NCBI GenBank assembly: GCA_963667425.1
Contig: OY763407.1
Coordinates: forward strand, 1,281,960-1,345,959
DNA from: a bacterium
GTDB lineage: Bacteria > UBP6 > UBA1177 > G963667425
Length of the DNA stretch: 64,000 nt
Direction of reading: 5' to 3'
The notes under the pieces were generated by a model, which was not told the origin of the DNA, searched no databases, and saw nothing but the letters and a program-made list of their open reading frames with translations. Shown one piece after another: positions 19,205-30,800 of this stretch. How positions within the stretch are numbered: the stretch's first letter is position 1; every line of letters begins with the position of its first letter. Made by a program: the position numbers and the translations under genes.

Positions 19205-22150
19205 TTAAAAAGAAGAGATGAATATGTGAAAGACTGTACGATCTTCACCTTCTTCAGGAAAAACGTTAATACCAAGTTGGGCATTAATTGAACCTATTGG
19301 AGTTGAATACATAAAACCTGTTCCTGTTCCCATTCTCATAAAATCTCCGGTACCTATGCTTGAAAGATGCTGCCACATATTTCCTGTGTCAAAAAAACCT
19401 ATAAGATAAAAATTCTCGGCGACTTTCAGACGAAGTTCATTTCTCAGATAGAAATAATATTTTCCTTTTGCGTAATCATCTTTTTCACTGTTATAATCAG
19501 AAGGAAGAATTGACTGATAATTAAATCCTCTTATGGTTGTAGAGCCACCAAGTTTAAGTGCATCATCTCCTGCTATTTCTCCTGAATGCTCCATCATGAA
19601 AGCATATTTAAAAAAAGAATGAAAAATAAGAGTATCTTTTGGTTTCATTTCACCCATCATTGAAATTGTATATCTCAGAGGAAGATAAACTGCAATATAG
19701 TTTTCAAAAAGCCCGTATGTGGAATTATCACCTGAAAGAGTTAGATATTCTTTTGCTTTACCTCCAATTTTGAATCCTTTTTTAGGCATTACAAGACTGT
19801 CTCTGCCGTCATAATACACATTTACTTCCGGAGACAGAACAAGGTCATCACTTTTTTCAGCCATAAGTACATCGTTTGATGTAACTTCATATCTTTTAGT
19901 AACTTTTTTAGCAAACTCTGTTGTAAGACTTAAATACCAGCTTTGTTCATATTTTGCAGTAAGAGAAGTCTGAACACCATTTTTATCTGTCATATAGTAA
20001 TCTTCACCGTTACGTTCCGTTTTATGTGTGTTTGGAAATTCAAGCTGTAGTGAAATAGGAAGTGGCTTGAAAAAAACATCAGGCATTATGAAAGCGAGAG
20101 AAACTGTTCTGTCAATATTTGTAGGAAAAGAAAATGTATCAAAGAATCGCTCAAACTGATCAGGCATGAAAGGTTCAAGCTTTCTATTAAGCTTATAACT
20201 GAATTTTCCTATAACACCTGAGCCAAGGATGTTTTTATGCTCAAGTTCTCCAAATATCTGAAAACCTTCATCAGATCTGAGACCAATACCCTGATAAACA
20301 CGTGTTCTATTTGCTTCTGATATTGAAATTATTATATCTTTTTTCTCCGATGGAGTATCTTCATCAAGAAAATATATTTTAACATTTTCAAACAGTTTAG
20401 TCTGTCTAAGCCTTTTTTCGCTTCTTTTAATGTCAAGCGAAGTTATATTTTCACCTGATTCAAAATATAAGGTTTTTCTGATAACAAATGAACTTGTATT
20501 GTAATTTCCCCTTACAACAATATTTCCAACCCTTACTTTAAAAATATTGTTTAACTTAAAAAGAAGCTTAACTTTACCGTCATTTTCAATTCTTTCAGGA
20601 ATAACTTCAGCAAACAAATATCCTTTTTCCTGCAATATTCTCAAAATTTCCTGCTGAATGGATTTTTCCATTTTTTTAGTATAGGGAACAACTTTCTTAA
20701 ATGAAAGTTCTTCCATTATTTCAGTTTCCAGCCTGAAAGGAATATTTTTAAGAGCAACCCAGTTGAGCATGTATTTTTTGCCCAAATCAATTTTGACATT
20801 TATTTTGAGTTCTGAATTTTCAATGTTTTGAGCAATAGACTTTACAACTGCATCCTTATACCCTTCCTTCTGAAGATAGAAAAGTATATATTCACTTATT
20901 TCAGAAAAGAAAAGCTCTGGAACCGCAAACTCTGCCGGAGGGAGTTCTCTTTTATTTTCTTTGGAACGGGCAAGCGTTTTTACTTTTGTATTATCTGTAT
21001 CGGTATAACCTCCACCTGTCTGAGATCTTGTAACAACAGGAAGAGGAAGCTGTCTGGCTTCATATATTTCACGTGCAAATTCAGGAATATGAGTTTTAAT
21101 ATAATCTGATTCCTTGCCAGCCCCTTCTATTAAAATATCTTTTAAAAAAAGCCTTTTCCCTTCATTGACAACAATCTTAAGAGTTCTGAATTTATTTTTT
21201 CCATCTCTTCTGTTTTCTGTTTTTATCTTTACAGAAACAAGAGGATAACCTGCTGCCTGGTAAAAAGATTTTATTTGCAGTTCAACGTCTTCACTGCTAT
21301 TCTGAAAATCATCAACTGAATTAATTATTTCCCTTATCATTTCAGGAGCAAAAGAATCAACACCTTCAATTTTCACATCATATTTTGATTCTTTTGCCAC
21401 TTCAAGCAAAAGAACACCTGTCGTTCTAACAGTATCTATCTGACGAACCTTTACATCAAGGAACTTTTTTTCAAGAAAAAGATTTCTTATATATTCAATC
21501 ACATCTCTTACATTTGTATCCGTGTAAGGTAAAAGCCCATATTTAAGATTAGAATTCATTTGAAGCTCTCTTTTTTCAATAAAATTAAGATCACCTCTCA
21601 GCTTTACACTTCTTATACGTTCTCTTTCACCTTCTGTAATATTAACAAAAAGATTGATATTAGCCGAGTCAATAACAGGTATTTCGACACTCACCTTTGC
21701 GTTTGCAAATCCTTCATTGCTGTAATATGCTAAAATTTCATCTCTTATTTTTACAAGATCTTCTTCCCTGAACTCTCTAAACTTCTTTATACCTGCAGCC
21801 TGCTTTATATCCTTGTCCATAAGGGTATGATTACCTTTTATTGTAACATCATGAATAAACAGAGATGGCTTTACAAAAAAAGTAATTATATAATCACCAT
21901 TAACATCCTTATCTCTGTTTACTACAACATTTTTGGCTCGGCCTGTAGCATATATTAATTTAACTGATTTACGTAGATCTCTAATTGAAAATTCTTTTCC
22001 TTCATTAATTTTTATATAAGGTTCAAAATCTTCACGAGGAAGCTCAGATTCCCATTTAACAGAAACGACATTGGCAGAAAAAACCAAAACAGGAAAAAAT
22101 ATCAGTAGTAAAAACAGCATTTTTGTTTTTATGAAGCTATTCAAATCCAT
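19205..22150 (-). CDS. bamA: Omp85-family outer-membrane protein (BamA/TamA-like; POTRA repeats plus C-terminal beta-barrel)
   Basis: 981 aa with a signal peptide and multiple POTRA-like repeats (V..I.I.GN). The C-terminal beta-barrel region ends in aromatic residues. The start overlaps the tamB-like gene by 14 bp. Confidence 0.65.
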   Translation of the reverse strand: MDLNSFIKTKMLFLLLIFFPVLVFSANVVSVKWESELPREDFEPYIKINEGKEFSIRDLRKSVKLIYATGRAKNVVVNRDKDVNGDYIITFFVKPSLFIHDVTIKGNHTLMDKDIKQAAGIKKFREFREEDLVKIRDEILAYYSNEGFANAKVSVEIPVIDSANINLFVNITEGERERIRSVKLRGDLNFIEKRELQMNSNLKYGLLPYTDTNVRDVIEYIRNLFLEKKFLDVKVRQIDTVRTTGVLLLEVAKESKYDVKIEGVDSFAPEMIREIINSVDDFQNSSEDVELQIKSFYQAAGYPLVSVKIKTENRRDGKNKFRTLKIVVNEGKRLFLKDILIEGAGKESDYIKTHIPEFAREIYEARQLPLPVVTRSQTGGGYTDTDNTKVKTLARSKENKRELPPAEFAVPELFFSEISEYILFYLQKEGYKDAVVKSIAQNIENSELKINVKIDLGKKYMLNWVALKNIPFRLETEIMEELSFKKVVPYTKKMEKSIQQEILRILQEKGYLFAEVIPERIENDGKVKLLFKLNNIFKVRVGNIVVRGNYNTSSFVIRKTLYFESGENITSLDIKRSEKRLRQTKLFENVKIYFLDEDTPSEKKDIIISISEANRTRVYQGIGLRSDEGFQIFGELEHKNILGSGVIGKFSYKLNRKLEPFMPDQFERFFDTFSFPTNIDRTVSLAFIMPDVFFKPLPISLQLEFPNTHKTERNGEDYYMTDKNGVQTSLTAKYEQSWYLSLTTEFAKKVTKRYEVTSNDVLMAEKSDDLVLSPEVNVYYDGRDSLVMPKKGFKIGGKAKEYLTLSGDNSTYGLFENYIAVYLPLRYTISMMGEMKPKDTLIFHSFFKYAFMMEHSGEIAGDDALKLGGSTTIRGFNYQSILPSDYNSEKDDYAKGKYYFYLRNELRLKVAENFYLIGFFDTGNMWQHLSSIGTGDFMRMGTGTGFMYSTPIGSINAQLGINVFPEEGEDRTVFHIFISSF

Positions 22151-25100
22151 AGTCGAGCCTCACATCAAAACCGATACTTCCATAGTTGGTTTCATAGTCA
22201 CTATATGAACTGTAATCAAGATTTATATTAAAAATATCACCTTTATACTTAAGTTCAAGTTTCTGATCTTTTGTATCAACAGGATTGGAAATTAAGGTTA
22301 CCCTTAAGAAGGGGTAAATCTCCTTCATTGCAGAAAATTTAAGTACAGTTTTTCCGTCTCTGTCCGTCATTGGTTTAAGTTCAAAACTTGTAAGTTTAAA
22401 ATTATTCTGAACAGCCTCATTTATTCCTACAATACCTGAAACAGCTGATATTGCTATTGAGCCCATATTCATTTGCCCAAATCCTTCATCATCAAAAAGC
22501 TCTCCGAAAAGAAGAATAGAATAAACATCTGTCTGCTCTTCATATGGATTGGAACTGAGATCGATCTGTATGTCATCAAGATAGCCAAAAATCTTTAAAT
22601 AAAGCTGATAATTCACCCTCTGGTCATCGTCAGGCAATGAACCTCTTGGTCTTACTGAAACTTCAGTCGATGATTCAATATCAAGATAAGGTCTTATCTC
22701 TTCGTAAGTATCAATATCTATCATCCCTCTGTCAATTTCAAATTCATTGTTCTGAAAATATATTGTTCCATCCTTTAAAGTCACGTAACCTTTTACAATA
22801 GGATTTTCAGTATCGCCCGAAACATTAAGATCTATATCAAGTGAGGTTTTAACAAGGTTTGTTTCAAGGTTTATGTCATTCTTTGCTTTAAGATTGACAT
22901 TTAAACGAACTGGAGACTCCTTGCCTGTAGATGTTTTTGCATAAAACTTTTTAGGTTTTAAAAGAGACTTTATAAGAGTACTTTCAAGACTTATAGTTTT
23001 TCTGTATGTAATATTTTTAAGTTCTATGTCACCAGCGACAGAAATAAGATCATCCTCAGGTATATTAAGTTCAAGATTACTTGAAACTCTCATTTGACCA
23101 ACTTGCTTGGGTTTTATAATGGCATTATTAAGGCTAAGATTAAAAATTCCTGAAAAAGCAGGAGTGACTATTCCTGAACCATTAAGTTTTATAACACCGT
23201 CACCAAGAACACCTTCAAGATTTTCTGTTTTCCATCCTTTATTGGTAAGGATAAATTTTCCATTTATATCTGAAAGAGAAATTGAAAGAGGTTTTATATA
23301 AAAACTGAAATTATCAATCAAAGCATCTGCACCATAAAGGTCACCCTTAAGATAAGCATTTATGGCAATAGAGCCTTTAAGATCCGAAACACTCTTTGAA
23401 TATTTAGTCTCAAGTCCAGGCATGTATAAAGAACCTTTCAATTTGATATCAGGAACATATTCCTTCACTATTCCTTCTATACTGAAATCTGCAACATTAC
23501 CGCCAAAAGTAGCTTTATTTATAGCAATATTGTTTATTTCACCAATTGCAGAAATCGGAGATGTATTTTCAACATAAAGTCCTGTGACAGGTTCTGACAA
23601 TTTAAGTTTACTTACAAGAATATCAACACCGGCAGTTCCATATTTTATATCTGAAGTAATATCCAGAGCACCAGTTTCAGTTTCTAAATGATAATTATCA
23701 ATCTTTACACTGGTCTCCATATTTTTTGTAGAAAGATTTGAACTTCCCAGAGAAAAGCTTATTCCCTCTCCAAGATTCCCTTTAACATTTAAAGAGTTTG
23801 ATGTACTCTTATAACGCATATTGGCTGAAAGATTACCTAAGACTATATTATCATAAGCCAGTTTCCCCAAAAAGAAGTCACTTTTTACAAGAATATCATC
23901 TTTAATATTGCCTGTAACAGAAATATTAAGCTGAGGAGCCATAAAGGAAATTGCAGAAAAATCTCCAAATTCAGCAAAGTCTTCAATAAAGAAAGAAGTC
24001 ATTTTTCCATTTATATCAGCATTAAAATCTCTCCCTATTTTTCCGGCGATATCAATTCTGGTCCTTTTCTTTGAAACAAAGGCATTATCAATAAAAAAAC
24101 CATTCTGAAAAGTTCCAAGATGCAGCTTAGCCTTGTTTGCATAAACATGTTTTCCATCTCTTATATCAGAAGATTCGAAATAAACATTCGCAGTTTCAAT
24201 ATTTGAATCTATCAGCTTCAGTTTTGCAGAAAGGGTATATAAACCGTTAACAGGAACCGAAGAGCCTGAAAGTTTGCCGAAATCAGAAATGTCACCGGAA
24301 AGATTATTAACCGTAAGATCAAATATTGTATTCTCTCCACTGAGATCTATAACAGCATTTAAATCGGCTGTTTTAGAAGAACCAAAAGCAATATGATCAG
24401 AATTTATATTCATTACAAAATCTTTAAGCAGAAGTGAACCTTTTACAGAATTAAGATTAAAACCTTCAGCAACGACATTTGAAAGATAAAAATCACCTTT
24501 TATAAGAGGATTTTCATATCTTGAAGAAATAAGAGTTGTTATTTTTCCCTTTCCCGTAGCATGAAGTCCAAGTAAATTCTCAATTTTACCAACATCAAGC
24601 TGACTTCCCTTTATAATATTGATATAAAATTCATCTCCAAGACCAAACCATGTATCTTTAAGGAAAAGATTTGTCAGCTTATCTTTTGTAAAAACATTTG
24701 CCTTAAAAAGTGAAACTCTTGAAGAATCTATTACAAGATTTCCTTTAACATAATAAGGTTCAGCAAGTTTAACTATAGTAAAATCATCATCCTTAACATG
24801 AAATTTTCTAACTTTAAGATCGGCATCAAGAGCAAGCTTAAATCCATCAAGCGGATTCGAAAATTTAACATCACCATCAACAAACATATCAACAATTGTT
24901 GAAACATCAACTCGACGCATAATATCTCTAAAGTCGACATCATCCATCTTTATTGTCCCTGAAACTGCATTATCGGCAAAAACACCGCTCCCTTTTGCTG
25001 TAAGAAATCTTTTTTTGCCTCTCAGAAACGCAAGTTCATTTATATCAAACCCTTTAGTATATATTTTTGCATCAAGATCGAAGTCCCACGGTGAAAATTC

Positions 25101-25937
25101 ATTAATCTTTTTTATTCTGCTTTTAAGAATGACATCTGCATCAGGAATGCCTGTTATCTCGGATTTTATCGAAACATTTCCTGAAACACTACCCTTACTT
25201 TTAACGCCTAAAACAGAAAAGATTTCTTCAGTCAAAACATTGTACTCTGCATTAAAAAGACCAGTTTCATCATTGTTTTCTCCATTTATATTTAAAAATG
25301 GAGAATCAACATCAAGCCCAAGAATTGCATATTTTTTTCCATCAGCCATAAAAGATGCATCAAGAGAAACTTTAAACGGTTTTACTGAAGAGTCCTGTGG
25401 CGTCAAAATTACACCAGGAACTTTCAAAACATATTTTTTATCACCTTCAAGCTCTATATTTGATGAAAGAATCGATGCAGTCGGAGTCTGTATATTTAAA
25501 GAAACACTTTTAACAGAAATTTTACCCAATGGAAAAAAAGGAAGTTCAAAAACCTTTGGAGAAGAAACTTTCTTTTCCTCATCCTTTTCAGAATCCTTCT
25601 TTTTTATATTCTTAGGTTTATCAACTTTAAAATCAACATGAACATTATCAATCAAAAGGCTGGAAACAGCCCAGTTACCGTGAAGTTTACCAACAGAAAC
25701 AGTAAGCTTCCCGACACTTACATTAAGTTCGGAATCCTTAGCCGGTTTCTGAATTTTCAAAGCATCAATTACCACAGTATCAGGAAAAACATAATCAATA
25801 TTATTAAAATTAAAGTAAATTCCGGTAACTTTAGAAACAACTGTTTTAGCAATAGGAACAGCAATGAAAGCTGTGGTAGCAATTAATAGAAGAAGGGCTA
25901 AAAATGTATATATAACAAACTTTAATTTACGCAACAA
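22137..25937 (-). CDS. tamB: TamB-like translocation/assembly module protein (AsmA/DUF490 family)
   Basis: 1266 aa with an N-terminal TM anchor, a long beta-rich repetitive body, and a C-terminal DUF490-like segment (IDLSSNP...LLFG). Confidence 0.55.
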   Translation of the reverse strand: MLRKLKFVIYTFLALLLLIATTAFIAVPIAKTVVSKVTGIYFNFNNIDYVFPDTVVIDALKIQKPAKDSELNVSVGKLTVSVGKLHGNWAVSSLLIDNVHVDFKVDKPKNIKKKDSEKDEEKKVSSPKVFELPFFPLGKISVKSVSLNIQTPTASILSSNIELEGDKKYVLKVPGVILTPQDSSVKPFKVSLDASFMADGKKYAILGLDVDSPFLNINGENNDETGLFNAEYNVLTEEIFSVLGVKSKGSVSGNVSIKSEITGIPDADVILKSRIKKINEFSPWDFDLDAKIYTKGFDINELAFLRGKKRFLTAKGSGVFADNAVSGTIKMDDVDFRDIMRRVDVSTIVDMFVDGDVKFSNPLDGFKLALDADLKVRKFHVKDDDFTIVKLAEPYYVKGNLVIDSSRVSLFKANVFTKDKLTNLFLKDTWFGLGDEFYINIIKGSQLDVGKIENLLGLHATGKGKITTLISSRYENPLIKGDFYLSNVVAEGFNLNSVKGSLLLKDFVMNINSDHIAFGSSKTADLNAVIDLSGENTIFDLTVNNLSGDISDFGKLSGSSVPVNGLYTLSAKLKLIDSNIETANVYFESSDIRDGKHVYANKAKLHLGTFQNGFFIDNAFVSKKRTRIDIAGKIGRDFNADINGKMTSFFIEDFAEFGDFSAISFMAPQLNISVTGNIKDDILVKSDFFLGKLAYDNIVLGNLSANMRYKSTSNSLNVKGNLGEGISFSLGSSNLSTKNMETSVKIDNYHLETETGALDITSDIKYGTAGVDILVSKLKLSEPVTGLYVENTSPISAIGEINNIAINKATFGGNVADFSIEGIVKEYVPDIKLKGSLYMPGLETKYSKSVSDLKGSIAINAYLKGDLYGADALIDNFSFYIKPLSISLSDINGKFILTNKGWKTENLEGVLGDGVIKLNGSGIVTPAFSGIFNLSLNNAIIKPKQVGQMRVSSNLELNIPEDDLISVAGDIELKNITYRKTISLESTLIKSLLKPKKFYAKTSTGKESPVRLNVNLKAKNDINLETNLVKTSLDIDLNVSGDTENPIVKGYVTLKDGTIYFQNNEFEIDRGMIDIDTYEEIRPYLDIESSTEVSVRPRGSLPDDDQRVNYQLYLKIFGYLDDIQIDLSSNPYEEQTDVYSILLFGELFDDEGFGQMNMGSIAISAVSGIVGINEAVQNNFKLTSFELKPMTDRDGKTVLKFSAMKEIYPFLRVTLISNPVDTKDQKLELKYKGDIFNINLDYSSYSDYETNYGSIGFDVRLDYGFE

Positions 25938-25960
25938 TCATTTTTCATTATCAAAAAAAA

Positions 25961-26036
25961 TGGAGCGGGCGACGGGGCTCGAACCCGCGGCATCAAGCTT
26001 GGGAAGCTTGCACTCTACCAACTGAGTTACGCCCGC
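25961..26036 (-). tRNA. tRNA-Gly (anticodon CCC)
   Basis: The reverse complement folds as a cloverleaf: GCGGGCG acceptor stem, D-loop AGTTGGTA, anticodon stem CAAGC/GCTTG around the loop TTCCCAA, T-loop GGGTTCGAGCCCC, discriminator U and encoded CCA. Confidence 0.9.
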
Positions 26037-26235
26037 ATCAGTTTCTGTGAAATATAAATCAGAGATAACAATTCGTCAAGTTTTTATATCCGTTTGAAAC
26101 AATAAAGAAAAAAATGTAGTTAAACATTATTCATCTTGACATCGTTACTAAACATCTGCATCAGGCAAGTCATTAGGAACACAACATTAATATTCATCTG
26201 TTCTTATGTTTTTTGGGTACTTAATGTTTAAAAAG

Positions 26236-27825
26236 CTATTCTTCAAATGGACATACACCCTCTTTTTCACAGTAACATTCCATATCCCTTAAAATGTAGC
26301 CTGTTTTATACATGGGCTGCCAGAACAGGTATTTACCTTCAAATTCAGCATAACCATGTCCATAACTGCTCTGCCCTTCCACTGGTTTGGAGCAGTATGT
26401 TTTTCCTTTATCTATTCTGTAAAAACAGAGTTTACCATCTTCCTGATAACCTGATAATGGTAGCTGATAGTTTTCCATGTATAACATTACATTAGATCTT
26501 AATTCCATTATCCACATATTTATATAGTTAGTTTCTGTGTATGGTATTTCAAATTCCTTTACTACTTCCCATGGTGTTTTTGATATATCCATTATTACAA
26601 ATTTATTCGTAGGTCCATTTTCTGTTACAGAACGGTATATTATTCTATCTCCATTTTCCCGGTCAAATTTGGGAAATCCTGCCTGCTCTCCTTCTCTGCC
26701 GACTTTTGTACACTCCTCAACTTTTTGCGGTGATTTCGAAAGATCGCATAACCATGTTGCATTGGTTCCATAATGGTAGAACATTGCTTTATCTCCCATT
26801 ATTGAGATCTCTCCTGCTTTACCTTCCGGGTTGCCATAAGCAAGTGTTATCCAGTTCCATTCTCCTGTTTTAGCATACATTAATGAGCGGTTACCTTCAC
26901 TTACAGGATTGTCTCCCTTATCCAGATGGTTTACAACCATTACTGTCCATTTATCTGTCATATAGGAAGCTGTATCTATCATGGAATCTCTTTCCTTTTC
27001 TCCATATACAATTTCATACTTAAAACTATCTTTGTAGGGAACAACAGCAACTATCGCCCAATATCCTCTTGTATGTTCTGCATTTGATGCAAATGGGTTC
27101 GCAAGAATAACTCCGTTCATATATCCAGGATTATTTAAAAATCCAAGAGTTGTATATTTTCCTGTCTCAATATCGTACATTGCAACACGCTGACCTGCAT
27201 AGCCTGGCTCTGTTTCTATTGGGGTTTTATCTCCTATTCTATAGTTCATTGTCCAGAAAACTATTTTACCATTATCCAGATTGCTCTCTTTTCTTGAGCC
27301 GGTAAAAGAATTGGCCCATGTATAAGGATTCAGAAAAATGTCACATTCATGAACAGATTTGGGCATAAGTTCTCTTGGCGTTGGCACAACATCCCAGTTG
27401 CATGGCCATGGATAGCATTCTTTAAGATACTCGCTTTCTTCAAATGCCCCTGCTTTGTATTTGTCATACACCTCTTTATTCAGATCTTTCCATAACGATT
27501 TTACACACTGAGGGTCATATTCATCCGGCATGTCGCATGGTCTGCAGAAGTGTATTGTTCCATCTTCCCTGAAATATGGATATTTAGCATTCATTGTAAG
27601 AGGACAATACATGTCTGTATCGTCCTCTTCATTATCTGATGCTATATCTTCATCCACATTATTATCAGTATCAGCTTCTTCTTCATCTGCTTCTTTTTCA
27701 TTCTCTGTGTTGATTACATCTTCATCAACTATATCTGAATCAGTTTCTGTTTTATCCGAGCTGCATGATGTGCAGGAAAGATTAAAAATAACTGTTAATA
27801 GAATTAATATTTTTAAGATACGCAT
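26236..27825 (-). CDS. Secreted lipoprotein with an acidic low-complexity N-terminal region and a beta-rich body (hypothetical)
   Basis: Lipobox signal MRILKILILLTVIFNLSCTSC, then a D/E-rich ~60-aa stretch. No assignable domain. Confidence 0.55.
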   Translation of the reverse strand: MRILKILILLTVIFNLSCTSCSSDKTETDSDIVDEDVINTENEKEADEEEADTDNNVDEDIASDNEEDDTDMYCPLTMNAKYPYFREDGTIHFCRPCDMPDEYDPQCVKSLWKDLNKEVYDKYKAGAFEESEYLKECYPWPCNWDVVPTPRELMPKSVHECDIFLNPYTWANSFTGSRKESNLDNGKIVFWTMNYRIGDKTPIETEPGYAGQRVAMYDIETGKYTTLGFLNNPGYMNGVILANPFASNAEHTRGYWAIVAVVPYKDSFKYEIVYGEKERDSMIDTASYMTDKWTVMVVNHLDKGDNPVSEGNRSLMYAKTGEWNWITLAYGNPEGKAGEISIMGDKAMFYHYGTNATWLCDLSKSPQKVEECTKVGREGEQAGFPKFDRENGDRIIYRSVTENGPTNKFVIMDISKTPWEVVKEFEIPYTETNYINMWIMELRSNVMLYMENYQLPLSGYQEDGKLCFYRIDKGKTYCSKPVEGQSSYGHGYAEFEGKYLFWQPMYKTGYILRDMECYCEKEGVCPFEE

Positions 27826-27859
27826 ATAGGTTTTCCTTTTCTATTTATCTTTAAAGATT

Positions 27860-30800
27860 TTACTTTGAAAGATGTAATTTTCCACTAAAAACCTGATATA
27901 ATATTCCTTTGTAAGCATATCCTTCTCTTAAGTAGTTTTTTTCTCCTGACATTTTTGTAAGACCATTTTCTGATGCTTTAAACTGTCCATTTTTACATCC
28001 CAAATAAACTGTATCTCCAAAGCTCTGCATTTCTGCATCATTACATTTCTGGTTAAAGGAATTACGTTTTTGTGGAGATTTTATATTGCTTATGTCATAG
28101 ATCTCAACATAACCTTTTGTGCTGAACCATTTAGTTTTTTCTCTGTAAATATAAAGCTTGTCTTTTACAACTTCAAGGTCTACAACTTCTCCATCTGCTG
28201 TTATTGATGAAATCAGTGAAGGATTGTAAGGATCTGAAAGATCATATATTTTTACTTTTTTGTTTTCTGCTGTAAAAAGCATACCTTTTGCTATTCTTAT
28301 ATTTTCGCATTTGTCACTATTGATATCTGATTTTTTATCAATCGAGCCATCTTCTGCTATTTTAAAGATATCTATTTCTCCATAGTTTGCTGCATACATT
28401 CTATTTTCTGAAATTGCCAGATTGTTGGTTTTTCCGTTGGTTGTCAGTTTTTTCTTTTTCAGTGTTCCATCTGATTCTATTTTTATTCTTCTTATTCCGC
28501 TGAGTCCTCCTATATAAAGATTGTTTTTATAGCCTGCAACTGTAAGTTTGTAATCAAAATAGAGATGAGAATCATAGTTGTAATCTGTAACAGAGTTACA
28601 TGTTCCATATCTTTCTGTAATTCCGGGATATATTGAATTTCCTGTTTCTGAAACACAGTAATGGGGCTCTTCTGTATCTAACTGAAAGATATCCACGGTC
28701 TCAACTTCTTCTATTTTTATTGAATTATCTGCTGTATCAAGCTCTATTCTGCTTGTCGTATCGTTTGTTGAAAGAATATTTGTCATAACTATTCTGCCAT
28801 CAATATTGTTCATTATCAGTTTTTCTGTATCTGCATTTATATTGTCATTTATTATCTGCCAGCCATTTGTTTTATCAAATTTCATTACTGATGTACTTTT
28901 ACTGTTTTCAGGATTATACCTGCCTGTAAGATAAATTCCTGTTTCTGTCCCTATTATATTTAGAGGGAGGCTGTAAAAAGGTTTAATATCACTTTCTATT
29001 TCACTTATTTTACCTTCTGCTAAATCAACTTCTGATATTTCCATTACGCCATCTTTATCTGCTGCTATATAGATATTTCCAAGTGCAGGTATAAGTTTAA
29101 CTGATGAATTCATGCCGAGATTTTGCTGTAAGACTTTCTTTAAAACATAGCTGTCATCTTCTTCTCTTACAATTTTATAAAGAAACTGTGTTACAGATCT
29201 TAGCATTGTTGAACCTATAAAGTATATTGTGTTATCATAGACTGCAGCTGATTTTATGCTGTTTATCAAATAATCACTATAATTCGTTACAGTTCCTATT
29301 TTCTGCCAGTCTGATGATGGTGCGTAGTTTGCAAAAAGTTCATAAACATTGTCACTTGTTTCTGAAATTGTATATGTAGCATTTGAATTCATATCTTCTA
29401 TTACTGCCTGCATTAAAGGAAGTGAATCTATTGAAGATGTTGTAAGATTAAGATCGCTGTTATTTATATTTATAAAACCGCCATGCTGATATCGTGTAAA
29501 TGACACATTTCCTGATATAAAGCTTTCCATTGGTATAAGTATATTCTGAGCTGATGAATCAAGTAAACCCTGACTGACAATTTCTCTAAACTGTTTCATG
29601 ATTTCTGCAAGATTTAATGTTGCATTGCTGTATTCAATTTTAGCCGGCTCTGTATTTGATCTTGATGCTAATGACCATTTGCCGACACTATTATAGTCAT
29701 TTATGTTTTCTCTTGTAAGAAAGTTTTTAAAATATTCAGGGTTTACAGAACCATTAATAAGATATCTTTCATCATTTGTTGCATAGTTTGAAGATAAGGT
29801 ATAGTACATTGGTGTTTTTGATCTGATCTCTCCATTTTCTTCACATAGTGCGTAGTATTTATAATAGTCATCTTCTCCACAATTGTATTGTGCATATATA
29901 TCTGCTCTCCAGTTCCAGTATGCTGAAGGTTTTATTGTAGATATATTTTGTGATGCTGTTACAGGTCTTTTATAATTTTCTGCATTTTTATAGTTTATAT
30001 TATCTGCATCTTTTGAATTATCTGTCCATGCTATTTGTGGACAGCGTGTTCTTCCATTTACTATAAGATTTGATGCTGTTGCATGAGTGTGACCAATTTT
30101 TGTTCCTGACTCAAGTGTTTCAGTTTCACACACTGAATCCCAATTGTTATATGATGTAAGAGTGCAACCAGTTTTCTCACTGTTCCACAATCCATTAGGG
30201 CAGTATTCCTGCAGGTCTGCTCCACAGTAGTGGACTCTGTGTTTTCCATCTCCATTATTTACTGGAAAATAGTTTTTATAGTAACCACCTGCAATGGATA
30301 TTGAAATTGTTTTGTTTATTTCACCGAAACCGGTTACTGGAAGTGATATTGAACCCTTTGGTTTATATGCAATTGAAACAGAGTATCCACCTTCATTCTG
30401 AGATCCTGCTGAAGAATCACAGGCATCACCTATGCCGTCAAGATCATGATCAGGCTGCCATATATATTTATCTCCTATATTAGTATGTTCCCAGTAACCG
30501 TTGCCTATAGCTTCCAGTCCTTTTATGATTTCTGATGATGGATTTGCCATTGTTTCAAATGGATTCCATTTTTCAGGGCAGTTATCAACAGCATCAATGA
30601 CACCGTCATTGTCACTATCTTCGCAGGCATCACCTATCCCGTTATTATTCCAATCTTCCTGGTTTGGATCATAGATTGAAGGACATTTATCATCAAGAAA
30701 CGGAATCCCATCACCATCGTTATCTATTCTTCCACTGAGTATGTCAGATTGCTCTACAATATAAGATATTTTTATATCTAAAGAAGGTTTCTCATTAACT

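Noticed and set aside
22137-25937. Numerous short plus-strand ORFs within tamB-like and bamA-like genes (e.g. 23107..23301, 25015..25641)
   Set aside because: They are antisense to long, well-supported beta-rich coding frames and have no independent signals.
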